From contig JBJEWD010000044.1 in assembly GCA_051884875.1 (NCBI GenBank), forward strand, positions 23,500 to 87,499: 64,000 nucleotides of DNA. Direction: 5' to 3'. The translations under genes and the position numbers were made by a program. This stretch comes from Kiritimatiellia bacterium. GTDB lineage: Bacteria; Verrucomicrobiota; Kiritimatiellia; RFP12; UBA1067. The notes under the pieces were generated by a model. It searched no databases. It saw only the letters and a list, made by a program, of their open reading frames with translations, and was not told where the DNA came from. Of this stretch, positions 8,928-18,037 are shown piece by piece. Within the stretch, counting starts at the first letter, position 1, and the number at the start of each line of letters is the position of its first letter.

Positions 8928-9681
8928 CCCCTGGTCCGCCCTGCGCGAACTCACGCCCGCGCGCCTCGCGATGGGACGCGCCGGCGGCAGCCTGCGCACC
9001 GCCAATCTTCTCGATTTCCGCCTCGCCCACGCCCGCGCACGCGATGCCGTCCATGCACCCTTCCATCCTGACGTCATCGATGCGCAGCTGGACGAGGCGG
9101 GCTTTGAACATTTCACCGTGAGGTCTACCATCACCGACAAGCTCGACTACCTCCTCCATCCCGAGCGCGGCCGCCTCCTCGACGAGGAATCCACCTTCCG
9201 CCTCCGCCGCCAGGCGACGATCTGGCGCACGCGCGACATCGTGATCGTCATCTCCGACGGCCTTTCCGCCATCGCGGCGGAATCGCACGCGGTCGACGTC
9301 GCCAAGGGGCTCCGCGCCGAACTCGGGAAGACCTTCTCGTTCTATCCCGTCGTCGTCGTTCCCTTCGGCCGCGTCAAGATCGCAGACGCGATTTCGGACG
9401 CCCTCGGCGCGAAAATGGCGATCATCCTCCTCGGCGAACGCCCGGGACTCGGCGCCAAGGATTCGCTCAGCGCCTACTTTACCTACATGGCGCGCAACAC
9501 GTCCGTCGATTCCGACCGCAACTGCGTCTCGAACATCCGCCCCGGCGGGATGCCCGTCCCCTGGGCCGTGCGCAAGCTCGCGGTCCTCATGCGCGAATCC
9601 TTCCGCCGCCGCCTCAGCGGAACCACCCTGAAGGACCGCCTGACGCTCGACGACCTTCAGCGGATGATTCCGCTCAAATAG
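8890..9681 (+). CDS. eutC: Ethanolamine ammonia-lyase small subunit
   Basis: 263 aa. DPWSALRELTPARLAMGRAGGSL and ILLGERPGLG patterns are typical of EutC. Overlaps the eutB 3' end. Confidence 0.9.
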   Translation: MLLSATNAALSADPWSALRELTPARLAMGRAGGSLRTANLLDFRLAHARARDAVHAPFHPDVIDAQLDEAGFEHFTVRSTITDKLDYLLHPERGRLLDEESTFRLRRQATIWRTRDIVIVISDGLSAIAAESHAVDVAKGLRAELGKTFSFYPVVVVPFGRVKIADAISDALGAKMAIILLGERPGLGAKDSLSAYFTYMARNTSVDSDRNCVSNIRPGGMPVPWAVRKLAVLMRESFRRRLSGTTLKDRLTLDDLQRMIPLK

Positions 9682-9684
9682 CCT

Positions 9685-10197
9685 ATGGTACATCTCTATA
9701 CCGGCGATGGCAAGGGAAAGACGACGGCGGCGGTCGGACTGGCCGCGCGCGCCCTCGGCCAGGGGTGGCGCGTCGTCTTCGTGCAGTTCCTCAAGGGCGA
9801 CAAGAGCGGCGAAATCGGCGCGCTTGAGGAACTCGGCGCGGAAGTCATCCGCCCGCCGCGTCCCCACGGCTTCTGGTGGACGCTCGACGCCCGGGAGAAG
9901 TCCGCCGTACGCCGCGAACACGACCGGCTGCTGCGGGAAGCGTACAGCCTCTGCCGCTCCGGACGTCCGCCCGATATGCTCGTCCTGGACGAGTTCACCT
10001 ACGTCTACAACGACGACATGGCGACGAAGGATCTCTGCACGGAACTGCTCCGGTCCATCGGCGCGAAGACGGAACTCGTCATCACCGGACGCAATCCCGG
10101 TCCCCTCGCCGCCTGCGCCGACTATCTTACCGAGATGAAACCCGTCAAGCACCCCTTTGCCCGGGGACTCGCCGCCCGCCGCGGCATCGAGTTCTGA
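9685..10197 (+). CDS. cobO: ATP:cob(I)alamin adenosyltransferase (CobO/BtuR type)
   Basis: YTGDGKGKTTAAVGLAARALGQG P-loop, VQFLKG, LVLDEFTY and KHPF, 170 aa. Starts 3 nt after eutC. Confidence 0.88.
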   Translation: MVHLYTGDGKGKTTAAVGLAARALGQGWRVVFVQFLKGDKSGEIGALEELGAEVIRPPRPHGFWWTLDAREKSAVRREHDRLLREAYSLCRSGRPPDMLVLDEFTYVYNDDMATKDLCTELLRSIGAKTELVITGRNPGPLAACADYLTEMKPVKHPFARGLAARRGIEF

Positions 10198-10285
10198 TCG
10201 GCACGGCAAAGCCGACATCCGCCCCCACCGAGCAGCAGCTGCCCGCCGTCATCGCCGGGACGGGCGATTCGCGCGGCGATGCCGG

Positions 10286-13096
10286 TCAGAGACCTTCGAC
10301 GATGAACTGCAGCTTGTAGACACCCGCCCCGAGCATGCGGTTGCCGTGCGGCTCGGCGCCCCAGCTGTTGTCACCGCCCACGCCCATCTGCGCCGCGTCG
10401 ACGTTCACCGTGATCGTGTCGGCGGTCTTGAGGTCGAACTGGTGACGGGCGCTTTCGAGCGCATCCTGCGAATAGGGCCAGGCGTTGAAGCCGACGGGCG
10501 CGTTGAGCGCGGTGACCGTGATCTTCTTGCCCTTGTCGTTCGCGAACTCGATCCAGCGGCATCCCGTGCGGTAGCCCTGCTCGCCCGGTTCAATGTAGTT
10601 GTCGGGGTTGAGCCGCGCCGGATCGGCGGCGATCTTGCCGTCGGCGCCGGCTACGCCCGAGACCAGACCGATCGTCGCCTCGTGCACGCCCAGCAGCGCG
10701 GCGGTATCACGGTCGCAGTAATTCTCCCAGGGGCCGAGCCCGAACCATCTGACGGTCTTGCAGTCGGCGGGAATCTGGAAGCTTACCCCCACGCGTGGGA
10801 TCGGCGGCAGGCCCTTGGGAACGGTGAACGACCAGTCCACCAGGATGCGGTTGCCGCGCAGCTTGCGCGCATCGAACTTGGAAACGCACCCTTCCGGCAG
10901 CGACTTGTCGTCCGTCGCCTCGCGCCAGATCTTGCACCGCTTGCCCATCTGCCAGCCGCGGTCGTTGTCGGTCTGGGCGCGAGAGAGGTTCAGGCGGAAA
11001 AGATGCGAGACCTTCTCGCGAGTCGAAGGTTCGTCGGGGACGGCGAGGGGCGCGAAAGGCTTCGCGAACTGGTCGTGGGCGATCGGCTCGTCGCAGCCGG
11101 GGCGGTAGAAGAAAAACGCGATGGCATCGCCGTCGGGAGCGTCCAGGCCGATTTCCCGGGATGAGTCCGGCGCGAAACCGGCCAGGTCGATTTTGCCCGA
11201 GGCGACGCGCTCGCCCTGCTTTTCGACCTTCCACTCGCCGCGGATGCCGTCAAGCGGGGTAAACAGCCAGCTGTTGCGGATTTTGGCCTTCTTCGCGTCC
11301 CAGTCGTAGCTTTCGACGTGGATGCTCTGGTAGGCGTGCTTGATTTCCCAGGCGCCGGGATGGAAGTCGCGATCGGCCGTGACGAAACCGTTGCAGTTGA
11401 AATTGTCGTCGTTGGGCTGGTCGCCGAAGTCGCCGCCGTAGGCCAGAACCTTGCCGCCGGGGACGTTCCGCCACAGCGCCTGGTCGGCGAAGTCCCAGAT
11501 GAAGCCGCCCTGGGCGCTGGGATACTTGGAAACGAGATTCCAGTAATCCTGGATGTCGCCGTTGGAGTTGCCCATCGCGTGGGTGTATTCGCAGAGGATG
11601 TACGGCTTGCGGGGATTGTTGCGCACGTACTGCTCGACCTGCCACGGGCGGGCGTACATGGGGCACTTGATGTCGCTGACGTCGGAATCCTGCATGCCTT
11701 CGTACTGGATCGGTCGCGTCGCGTCGAGCGCGCGCATGGCGCGGTATTCCTCGCGCATCGCCTCGCCGCTGCCGGACTCGTTGCCGAGCGACCAGAAGAC
11801 GATGGAGGGATGGTTGCGCAAGACCTTGACCATATTCACGCCGCGCTCGACGATGGCGCCGCGGTAGAGCGGGTTCTTGGGCAGGTGGTTGTCGCCCTTG
11901 CCGTAGAAGCCCTCGACGCCGTGCGCCTCGACGTTCGCCTCGGAGCAGACGTAGATGCCGGCGCGGTCGCAAAGCTCGTACCACAGCGGATCGTTGGGAT
12001 AGTGCGAAGTGCGAACCGCGTTGATGTTCAGGCGCTTGAAGATCGCAATATCGCGCTTCATTCCCGCCAGGGTAACGGCATAGCCGCGATCCGGCTCCAT
12101 TTCATGACGGTTCGTGCCCGCCACGACAAGCCGCTTGCCGTTGAGGTAGACGACGGAATCGCGGATCTCGATTTTCCGGAAGCCCGTCTGCACGGCGTAG
12201 AAATCGCCCGCGGAGACGAATGTTTCGTAGTAGAGATTGGGAAATTCCGCGCTCCAGAGTTTCGGGTTGTCGTAGGTTTTCTTCAGGAGCGTCTGGCCCT
12301 TCTCGGAGAAAATCTCGATCGTGCCGCGGGAGTAATCGTCGGACAGGGCGGTTCTGACCACGATGTCCTTGGCGGCCGCGGGCTGTTCGGCGACGAGCCA
12401 CACGTCGCGGTAGATGCCGGAAAGACGCCAGAAATCCTGGTCTTCGAGATAGCTGCCGTCGCAGTGCTTGAGCACTTCGACTTCCAGCTCGTTGGCGCCT
12501 TCGCGAAGATGGGGCGTAAGATCGAACTCCGCCGGCAGACGGCTGTCTTCGGAATAGCCGACGTCCTTGCCGTTGAGCCGCACGAACATCGCCGAGCTGA
12601 CGCCGCCGAAATGGATGACGATCCGACGGCCCTTCCACTCGGGAGGAATCGAGATCGGACGCGAATAAAGCCCCACGGGCGTGCGGTATTTGCTGGAAGT
12701 GTAGTGCTTGGGCGGCTCGAGCGTGGGATCGCCCGTCTTGTAGCCGGCGATTGGATAGGTGGTGTTGGTATAGAGCGCCGGATCGTAATCGCCCTGGAGC
12801 TGCCAGCAGCCCGGCACGGCGATCGTGCCCGTCTTCGCCCAGTCGTCGCCGAAATTGGCCTTCCAGCGGAAATTCCACACACCGTTGAGCGAGACGAGCC
12901 ATTGCGACGCCTCGCGCGGCTTCTCGCCCTTCGCGATGGCGAGGGCGACCGCCTCGCTTTCACACGGCACGACGATCGCGCGCGCTTCGAGCCGGTTGAT
13001 CGAATTGACGGTCGGGTCGCGCCATGGCTCCCGGATCCCCTCGGCCGCCAGACCCAGTGCCGCCACCGCGGCGCACGCACACAGAACTCTTTTCAT
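10286..13096 (-). CDS. Secreted glycoside hydrolase family 2 beta-galactosidase (LacZ-like)
   Basis: Signal peptide MKRVLCACAAVAALGLAAEG. NAVRTSHYPN, WSLGNESG (acid/base) and ILCEYTHAMGNS (nucleophile), as in LacZ. Confidence 0.9.
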   Translation of the reverse strand: MKRVLCACAAVAALGLAAEGIREPWRDPTVNSINRLEARAIVVPCESEAVALAIAKGEKPREASQWLVSLNGVWNFRWKANFGDDWAKTGTIAVPGCWQLQGDYDPALYTNTTYPIAGYKTGDPTLEPPKHYTSSKYRTPVGLYSRPISIPPEWKGRRIVIHFGGVSSAMFVRLNGKDVGYSEDSRLPAEFDLTPHLREGANELEVEVLKHCDGSYLEDQDFWRLSGIYRDVWLVAEQPAAAKDIVVRTALSDDYSRGTIEIFSEKGQTLLKKTYDNPKLWSAEFPNLYYETFVSAGDFYAVQTGFRKIEIRDSVVYLNGKRLVVAGTNRHEMEPDRGYAVTLAGMKRDIAIFKRLNINAVRTSHYPNDPLWYELCDRAGIYVCSEANVEAHGVEGFYGKGDNHLPKNPLYRGAIVERGVNMVKVLRNHPSIVFWSLGNESGSGEAMREEYRAMRALDATRPIQYEGMQDSDVSDIKCPMYARPWQVEQYVRNNPRKPYILCEYTHAMGNSNGDIQDYWNLVSKYPSAQGGFIWDFADQALWRNVPGGKVLAYGGDFGDQPNDDNFNCNGFVTADRDFHPGAWEIKHAYQSIHVESYDWDAKKAKIRNSWLFTPLDGIRGEWKVEKQGERVASGKIDLAGFAPDSSREIGLDAPDGDAIAFFFYRPGCDEPIAHDQFAKPFAPLAVPDEPSTREKVSHLFRLNLSRAQTDNDRGWQMGKRCKIWREATDDKSLPEGCVSKFDARKLRGNRILVDWSFTVPKGLPPIPRVGVSFQIPADCKTVRWFGLGPWENYCDRDTAALLGVHEATIGLVSGVAGADGKIAADPARLNPDNYIEPGEQGYRTGCRWIEFANDKGKKITVTALNAPVGFNAWPYSQDALESARHQFDLKTADTITVNVDAAQMGVGGDNSWGAEPHGNRMLGAGVYKLQFIVEGL

Positions 13097-13250
13097 GCAA
13101 CGATCTCCTTGAACGAATTTACCGTGCCATTATACCAAACCGCGCTTTTCTCCACCATACCGAAAAGGGGAATGGGGAACCGTCGCAGTTCGCAGCCCAA
13201 AGGCGCACGGACGCGTCCCCGACGGCATTACACCCCGGGATAGGCGCCTG

Positions 13251-14981
13251 TTACCGGTTGAATCCCTTGGCGGAGAGGAACTCCCAGATGCGGTCGAGCC
13301 AGGTGTAGCTGCCGGTTCCCGGCGTGGCCGTGCGCTGGAAACAGTGGTTGCGGAGGGCGAGCGTATGGAGCTCGCCCTGGATGCCCATGCGACGCAGCTG
13401 TTCCCACGCCTTGACGGAATTCATCGCCGCCCAGCCGTCGGCATCGCCGTGGATGAAGAGCATCGGCGACGTTGCGAGGTCGAAGGAGAACTCAGGAACG
13501 AGCCGCGCGGAAGCATCGTTGCCCCCCGTCCTGTTGGGCCGTTCCGCACCGTCCGTCAGGCCGTAGGCGGGATAGATTCCGATCGACCACTGGACGTTGC
13601 AGGGAAGCTTGTCGAGACCGTCGATCGGCCAATAGGCGCGGCGCTTCGAACTCGTCGCCGCCATCAGCGCGAGATGTCCGCCGGCCGACGAGCCCATCAC
13701 GCCGATGCGGTCGGGGTCAAGTCCGCGCGCGGCGGCCTCGCTGCGCACGAGGCGAATGGCGCGCTGCACGTCCTCCCACGCGGTCGTATGCTTGGCGAGC
13801 GGCGCGGCGGGACGGGGCGTGCGATACCGCACGGTGACGACGGTCATGCCCTTCCCGTTGAGATAGCGCCGTGCCGGCGCGACCTCGACGCCATCGGGAG
13901 AGTTGCCCATGTAGCTGCCGCCGGACCAGATGATCTGAATTGCCTTCGTCCTCAGCTCCTTCGGCAGATGCCATTCGAGGTACGGCGTGCACTGGTTCGT
14001 CTGCACGTCGGGCATCCGGCCCTCGGGCCAGATGTCCCGCTTCTCGTACCCGGCGCGCGCGGCATCGTCCGGGAAGCGCGCCATCAGGTCGACCTCGGGT
14101 GCCGGCGCGCCGAGATACCCCATCTGCCGCATGAACTCGATGGCACGGTCGAGGCCGAACATCCCGTGCCCCCTGTCCGGATAGAGGTGGAGTTCGGCGG
14201 GAACCTTCATCTGCCGCAGACGTCGGTAGACGTGCGTCGAGGTCGCGGGCGAATACGGATCGTCGCCGCCGTGACTCATGCACATGGGCGCGGTCTTCGC
14301 GTCGAACCTAAAGCAGCTGTCGAGCGTCGCGTCGATTGCATCGCCGTCGCGCGTGTTGGGGATGCCGAGACCGTCCGTCATGCCGTACGCGATCGCGAAC
14401 GGCATCGCCCAGTTGATGTGGCACGGCGTCTCGTCGATCTCATCCACGGGCGCATAGGCGGGCGTGAGCGCGCTTGTCGCCAGCAGCGTCGCCAGATGCG
14501 AACCCGCGCTCATCGAGATCACGCCGATCTTCTCGGGATCGAAGCCGCGCTGCGCCGCCGCGCGACGCACGAGGCGGACGGCGCGCTGCCCGTCCTCCCA
14601 CGCGCTCCGGTAGAAGGGAAGCCCCTTCGGACGCGGCGTGCGGTGGACGAGATCGACGCACAGGACGCCCTCCTTCTGCAACGCCGCCGGCCACGTCCGC
14701 TTCACGTAGTCGACGTCGCACTGGCTGTCATAGCCGCCGCCCGAGATGAGGATGACGCACACGTCATTCGACGGAGACCCTGCCGGGCGGTCGTACCAGT
14801 CGAGGTACGGCTCGGTATGTTCGGCCTTCACGAAACCGGGGACATTCGCCTCATCGGTCAGCGCGGCGATCTGGTGTCCCTGACGGTCGGGCATTTTGTC
14901 CTTCGGCCAGAGATACTCCCGCTCGTCCGCCAGCGCCAGCGCGGCGACAAAGGCCGCGCCCATGCACGCGATCTGCTTCAT
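13251..14981 (-). CDS. Secreted tandem-duplicated alpha/beta-hydrolase (two esterase/lipase-type domains)
   Basis: Start MKQIACMGAAFVAALALA at 14981 follows AGGAGGAG. Two homologous halves each carry a GxSxG serine motif (SMSAGSH and GSSAGGH) and TAWEDxQRAxRLVR. Confidence 0.75.
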   Translation of the reverse strand: MKQIACMGAAFVAALALADEREYLWPKDKMPDRQGHQIAALTDEANVPGFVKAEHTEPYLDWYDRPAGSPSNDVCVILISGGGYDSQCDVDYVKRTWPAALQKEGVLCVDLVHRTPRPKGLPFYRSAWEDGQRAVRLVRRAAAQRGFDPEKIGVISMSAGSHLATLLATSALTPAYAPVDEIDETPCHINWAMPFAIAYGMTDGLGIPNTRDGDAIDATLDSCFRFDAKTAPMCMSHGGDDPYSPATSTHVYRRLRQMKVPAELHLYPDRGHGMFGLDRAIEFMRQMGYLGAPAPEVDLMARFPDDAARAGYEKRDIWPEGRMPDVQTNQCTPYLEWHLPKELRTKAIQIIWSGGSYMGNSPDGVEVAPARRYLNGKGMTVVTVRYRTPRPAAPLAKHTTAWEDVQRAIRLVRSEAAARGLDPDRIGVMGSSAGGHLALMAATSSKRRAYWPIDGLDKLPCNVQWSIGIYPAYGLTDGAERPNRTGGNDASARLVPEFSFDLATSPMLFIHGDADGWAAMNSVKAWEQLRRMGIQGELHTLALRNHCFQRTATPGTGSYTWLDRIWEFLSAKGFNR

Positions 14982-14982
14982 T

Positions 14983-15630
14983 TCACTCCTCCTCTTTACA
15001 GTAGCGCAAAAGCTCGTCGATCCGATTGATCCTGACCGTACAGCGCGCCTCCTTGAGCACGCCGAAGCCGTAGGTGCAGAAGGCGCCCCTGACGCCCGCG
15101 TTGGTGGCGCACGCCATGTCCGTCCAGTTGTCGCCGACCATCCAGTCGCGGGACGAGAGGCGGTGCCCGCGCATCCGCGACGCACATTCGCGCAGCGGCA
15201 GGGCGCTCGGCTTCATCTCCGGGCAGTCGCCGCCCGCGATGACGGCGTTGCCGAAATAGCGCGTGAGGCCAAACCGCTCGAGAATCGCGTGCGTCGCAAA
15301 GCCGGGCTTCGCCGTGTTGACGCCCAGCAGCCAGCCGCGGTCGTGGAGTTCGGCGAGCGTACGCGCGACGCCCGGATAGAGCGTCACCGATTCGAGCATG
15401 TGTTCGGCGTAATGCGACTGGAAGATCGTCCACAGCCGCTCGACATCCGACGCCCGCTCGGGAATCGCATGGGCGAGCAGATGCTTCGCGCCGAGACCGA
15501 CGTGCCGGAGGACATCCTCCGGCGGCCACGCGGCCAGACCGAGGTCGTGGCGCGTGTGGTTGACGGTCGCCGCCAGATCGTCCCGGGAGTCGATCAGCGT
15601 TCCGTCCATATCAAAGAAAACGGCATTCAT
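14983..15630 (-). CDS. HAD-superfamily hydrolase (phosphoglycolate phosphatase-like)
   Basis: FFDMDGTLIDS motif I, GVNTAKP, and a GDNWTD-type motif IV. 215 aa. Confidence 0.8.
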   Translation of the reverse strand: MNAVFFDMDGTLIDSRDDLAATVNHTRHDLGLAAWPPEDVLRHVGLGAKHLLAHAIPERASDVERLWTIFQSHYAEHMLESVTLYPGVARTLAELHDRGWLLGVNTAKPGFATHAILERFGLTRYFGNAVIAGGDCPEMKPSALPLRECASRMRGHRLSSRDWMVGDNWTDMACATNAGVRGAFCTYGFGVLKEARCTVRINRIDELLRYCKEEE

Positions 15631-15639
15631 GGCGGAAGG

Positions 15640-16338
15640 CTACGGGCCGACTTCGGCGAGCCCCATCTCGCGGAGCCGGGCGTTGACGTTCAGGCGATAG
15701 GCCTCGCGCATCGACTCGGGGGCGCGCGCGATGCGGTCGAGCGCCTGATTGCGGAAATCGCGTTCCTCGTCCTGGCGGTCTTCGAGGAAGCGGAGGTAGT
15801 CCGCCAGCGAGCCGCCGTTCGCGAGGTAGGTCGCCATCTCCTCGCGCATCTTCGCGACGATGTTCCTGAGCAGCCGGATCTCAGACGCCTCGCCCTCGCC
15901 GTACGCGAGCGGCGTCCCGAGCTGCTCCGCCAGCGCCGCGATCTCCCCGTCCGTCAGCTCCGGCGGCAGCGCGATCCATCCGGGTTGCGCATAGGCCGAA
16001 AGATAGCGGTCGAGATTCGTCGTGAAGACATCGCGCCACCCGTTCGCCAGCCCTGCGGAGATGAGGCTGCGGTCGCCCGTCAGCTGCTGGCGGCGCACCG
16101 GCAGGCGGTCTGCGCCGCGCCCTCCGAGGACCAGGACGCCGGCGAGCGCCAGCGCCAGCGCGGCGATGACGCCGCCGATCGCCCAGGGCTGCCAGCGGAT
16201 CGGATCCTCGCCTTTGATGCGGTACGGGCGGAGGCCCTGCTTGCGCAGGCGGGTATAGGCATCGGCCCGATCCCTGGCCTGAATCCAGCCGGACCGGTTC
16301 TCGTTCTCCTTCGTCTGGTAGAAATACTGGTACTTCAC
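15640..16338 (-). CDS. Hypothetical single-pass membrane protein
   Basis: 232-aa ORF starting 4 nt after the hydrogenase stop. One TM segment (WAIGGVIAALALALAGVLVLG). N-terminus YQYFYQTKENENRSGWIQARDRADAYTRLRKQGLRPYRI resembles the GspF/PilC N-domain pattern. I recognise no family. Confidence 0.5.
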   Translation of the reverse strand: MKYQYFYQTKENENRSGWIQARDRADAYTRLRKQGLRPYRIKGEDPIRWQPWAIGGVIAALALALAGVLVLGGRGADRLPVRRQQLTGDRSLISAGLANGWRDVFTTNLDRYLSAYAQPGWIALPPELTDGEIAALAEQLGTPLAYGEGEASEIRLLRNIVAKMREEMATYLANGGSLADYLRFLEDRQDEERDFRNQALDRIARAPESMREAYRLNVNARLREMGLAEVGP

Positions 16339-16342
16339 ACGC

Positions 16343-17758
16343 CTACTTCAGCGAACACGGTCCGTTCACACAGCCGCCGGGACACGCCATGACCTCCAGG
16401 AAATTCGCGGGAAGCTTGCCCTGGACGTAGAGCCTGATCATCGTGATCGCCTTCTTGTCGATGCCGTTGATCTGCTTCGAGTTGAGCTGGAAGTCCGGGA
16501 TCCTCGACGTGGCCTCCGCGAGCACCGCCTCGGTGACGCCGCAGCTGTGCGCATAGTTGCGCGCCGTCGGATTGGCCGGGCGTTCGAGCTTCCACGGCGG
16601 GCACGCGAGGACGTCGATCTTGCGTCCCGCGAAGATCGCGCCGAGTTCCTCGAAGGAGAGGACGTAGTCGATGCCCTTCCGCCGCGCCTCGCTGCGCTTG
16701 GCGACGCAGGGGCCGATGAAGACCGTCCGGCAGGCCGGATCCTTCGCGCGCGCCAGCTCGTGGGCGTAGACCATCGGACTCGGCGTGAGCGAAACCTTGT
16801 CGATCGCGTCGGGGAGGTGCTTGGCGACGAGGTTGACCCAGGCGGGGCAGCACGACGTCGTCATGAGCGTCTTCGGATCCTTCGCCATCCGTTCGACGAA
16901 CTCCGCCGTCTCGTGCGCGGTCGTCTTCTCGGCGCCGAGCGCGACCTCCATCACGTCCGCAAAACCCGCCTGTGCGCACGCCGTCAGCAGCTGCTCGATC
17001 GTGCCGGGGAACTGCTTCTCGGCGGCGGGCGCGACCATGGCGACGAGTTTTTCGCCGCGCCGCATGGCGACAAGCACCTCCAGAAGCTGCGAACGCTCCA
17101 TGACGGCGCTGAACGGGCACGCATTGAAGCACTTGCCGCAGAAGATGCAGCGCTTGAAGTCGATTTCCGCGATGCCGCGTTCGTTCTTATGGATCGCATT
17201 GACGGGACACGCCTCTTCGCAGGGCACCGTCGTCTTGACGATGGCGTGGTAGGGGCAGGCGGTGATGCACTTGCCGCACTTGATGCAGAGCGCCGGATCG
17301 ATGATCGACTGCCCGTTGACGACCGAAATCGCCTTCTTGGGGCAGGTGTAGACGCAGGGACGCGCAAAGCAGCCGCGGCAGTTCGAAGTGGAGACGACCT
17401 TCGCATCAGGGCAGCCCGAGCAGGCGGGGCCGCAGACCGACAGCGGCGCGCGGTGGTGCTCGAGCTCGCCCGCCGGGTCGCGCCCCGCCGCGATGTCGGC
17501 GAGGATCCGGTCGAGGTAGTCGCCCAGCGCCGCCGCCTCGTCGGTCTCGTCCTCGGCCGAAATGCCCAGAAGGCCCATGAGGCGGTACTTCAGCACCGCC
17601 CGGTCATGGTAGATGCAGCAGCGCGAGGCATCCATGTCCTTCGGACGCAGCTTGACGGGAATGCGGTCGATCTCCTCGCGCAGCGTCCCCGCATCGAAGG
17701 CGCGCACGAGGCGGATCATCAGTTCGCGGCGAATGTAGATGGCGCCGTTGATCATCAT
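16343..17758 (-). CDS. [FeFe] hydrogenase, short monomeric type with N-terminal multi-[4Fe-4S] ferredoxin domains
   Basis: H-cluster motifs TTSCCPAW, GPCVAKRSE and EVMACPGGCVNG. Several CxxCxxCxxxCP clusters. Start overlaps the upstream stop as TGATG. Confidence 0.85.
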   Translation of the reverse strand: MMINGAIYIRRELMIRLVRAFDAGTLREEIDRIPVKLRPKDMDASRCCIYHDRAVLKYRLMGLLGISAEDETDEAAALGDYLDRILADIAAGRDPAGELEHHRAPLSVCGPACSGCPDAKVVSTSNCRGCFARPCVYTCPKKAISVVNGQSIIDPALCIKCGKCITACPYHAIVKTTVPCEEACPVNAIHKNERGIAEIDFKRCIFCGKCFNACPFSAVMERSQLLEVLVAMRRGEKLVAMVAPAAEKQFPGTIEQLLTACAQAGFADVMEVALGAEKTTAHETAEFVERMAKDPKTLMTTSCCPAWVNLVAKHLPDAIDKVSLTPSPMVYAHELARAKDPACRTVFIGPCVAKRSEARRKGIDYVLSFEELGAIFAGRKIDVLACPPWKLERPANPTARNYAHSCGVTEAVLAEATSRIPDFQLNSKQINGIDKKAITMIRLYVQGKLPANFLEVMACPGGCVNGPCSLK

Positions 17759-18021
17759 CAGACCCCCTCTCCGGCCAGTTCAAGGAGACGGGCCGTCACC
17801 GTCTCGGGCGTGGCCTGCGAAAGGATCTCCGCGCCGTTGATGCGCACGAACGGCGCACCGCCGAGGTTCTCGCGTTCGCAGAGTTCCAGGCACGTGCGGG
17901 CCACGATCTCGACGCGCCCGCGCACATCCGCGGGCAGCCGTTCCTCGATGTCCATGAGCTTCGCGGCGCCCAGCAGATAGCAGGCGGTGCCGCAGCAGAT
18001 TTCGACTTTGATCTTCTCCAT
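17758..18021 (-). CDS. Thioredoxin-like [2Fe-2S] ferredoxin (NuoE/HndA-like small protein)
   Basis: Start MEKIKVEICCGTACYLLGA at 18021 follows GGAGGA. Cys pattern CCGTAC...CLELC. 87 aa. The ORF-track extension to 18195 was rejected. Confidence 0.7.
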   Translation of the reverse strand: MEKIKVEICCGTACYLLGAAKLMDIEERLPADVRGRVEIVARTCLELCERENLGGAPFVRINGAEILSQATPETVTARLLELAGEGV

Positions 18022-18037
18022 ATCGGTTCCTCCGGAA

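Noticed and set aside
7533-10197. Bacterial microcompartment (eut metabolosome) locus.
   Set aside because: No BMC shell (EutM/K/L/N/S-like), EutA, EutE or EutT genes lie adjacent. Only eutBC plus a CobO-type adenosyltransferase are present.
10198-10285. Bidirectional terminator between the convergent cobO and GH2 genes.
   Set aside because: I could not find a convincing stem-loop with flanking T/A runs by eye.
10286-13096. The two GH2 genes (10286-13096 and 37599-40811) as a recent duplication or recombination substrate.
   Set aside because: The proteins differ in length and are clearly divergent outside the catalytic motifs. They are ordinary paralogues in a glycan-degrading organism.
13251-15185. 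N-terminal extensions suggested by the ORF track for several genes (esterase to 15185, hydS to 21179, ligase to 2979, exbD to 48985, pgsA to 25245, sigma factor to 42015, secG to 29623).
   Set aside because: The extensions overlap upstream genes, are Arg/Pro-rich, and precede internal starts that have SD sequences, signal peptides or family-typical N-termini.
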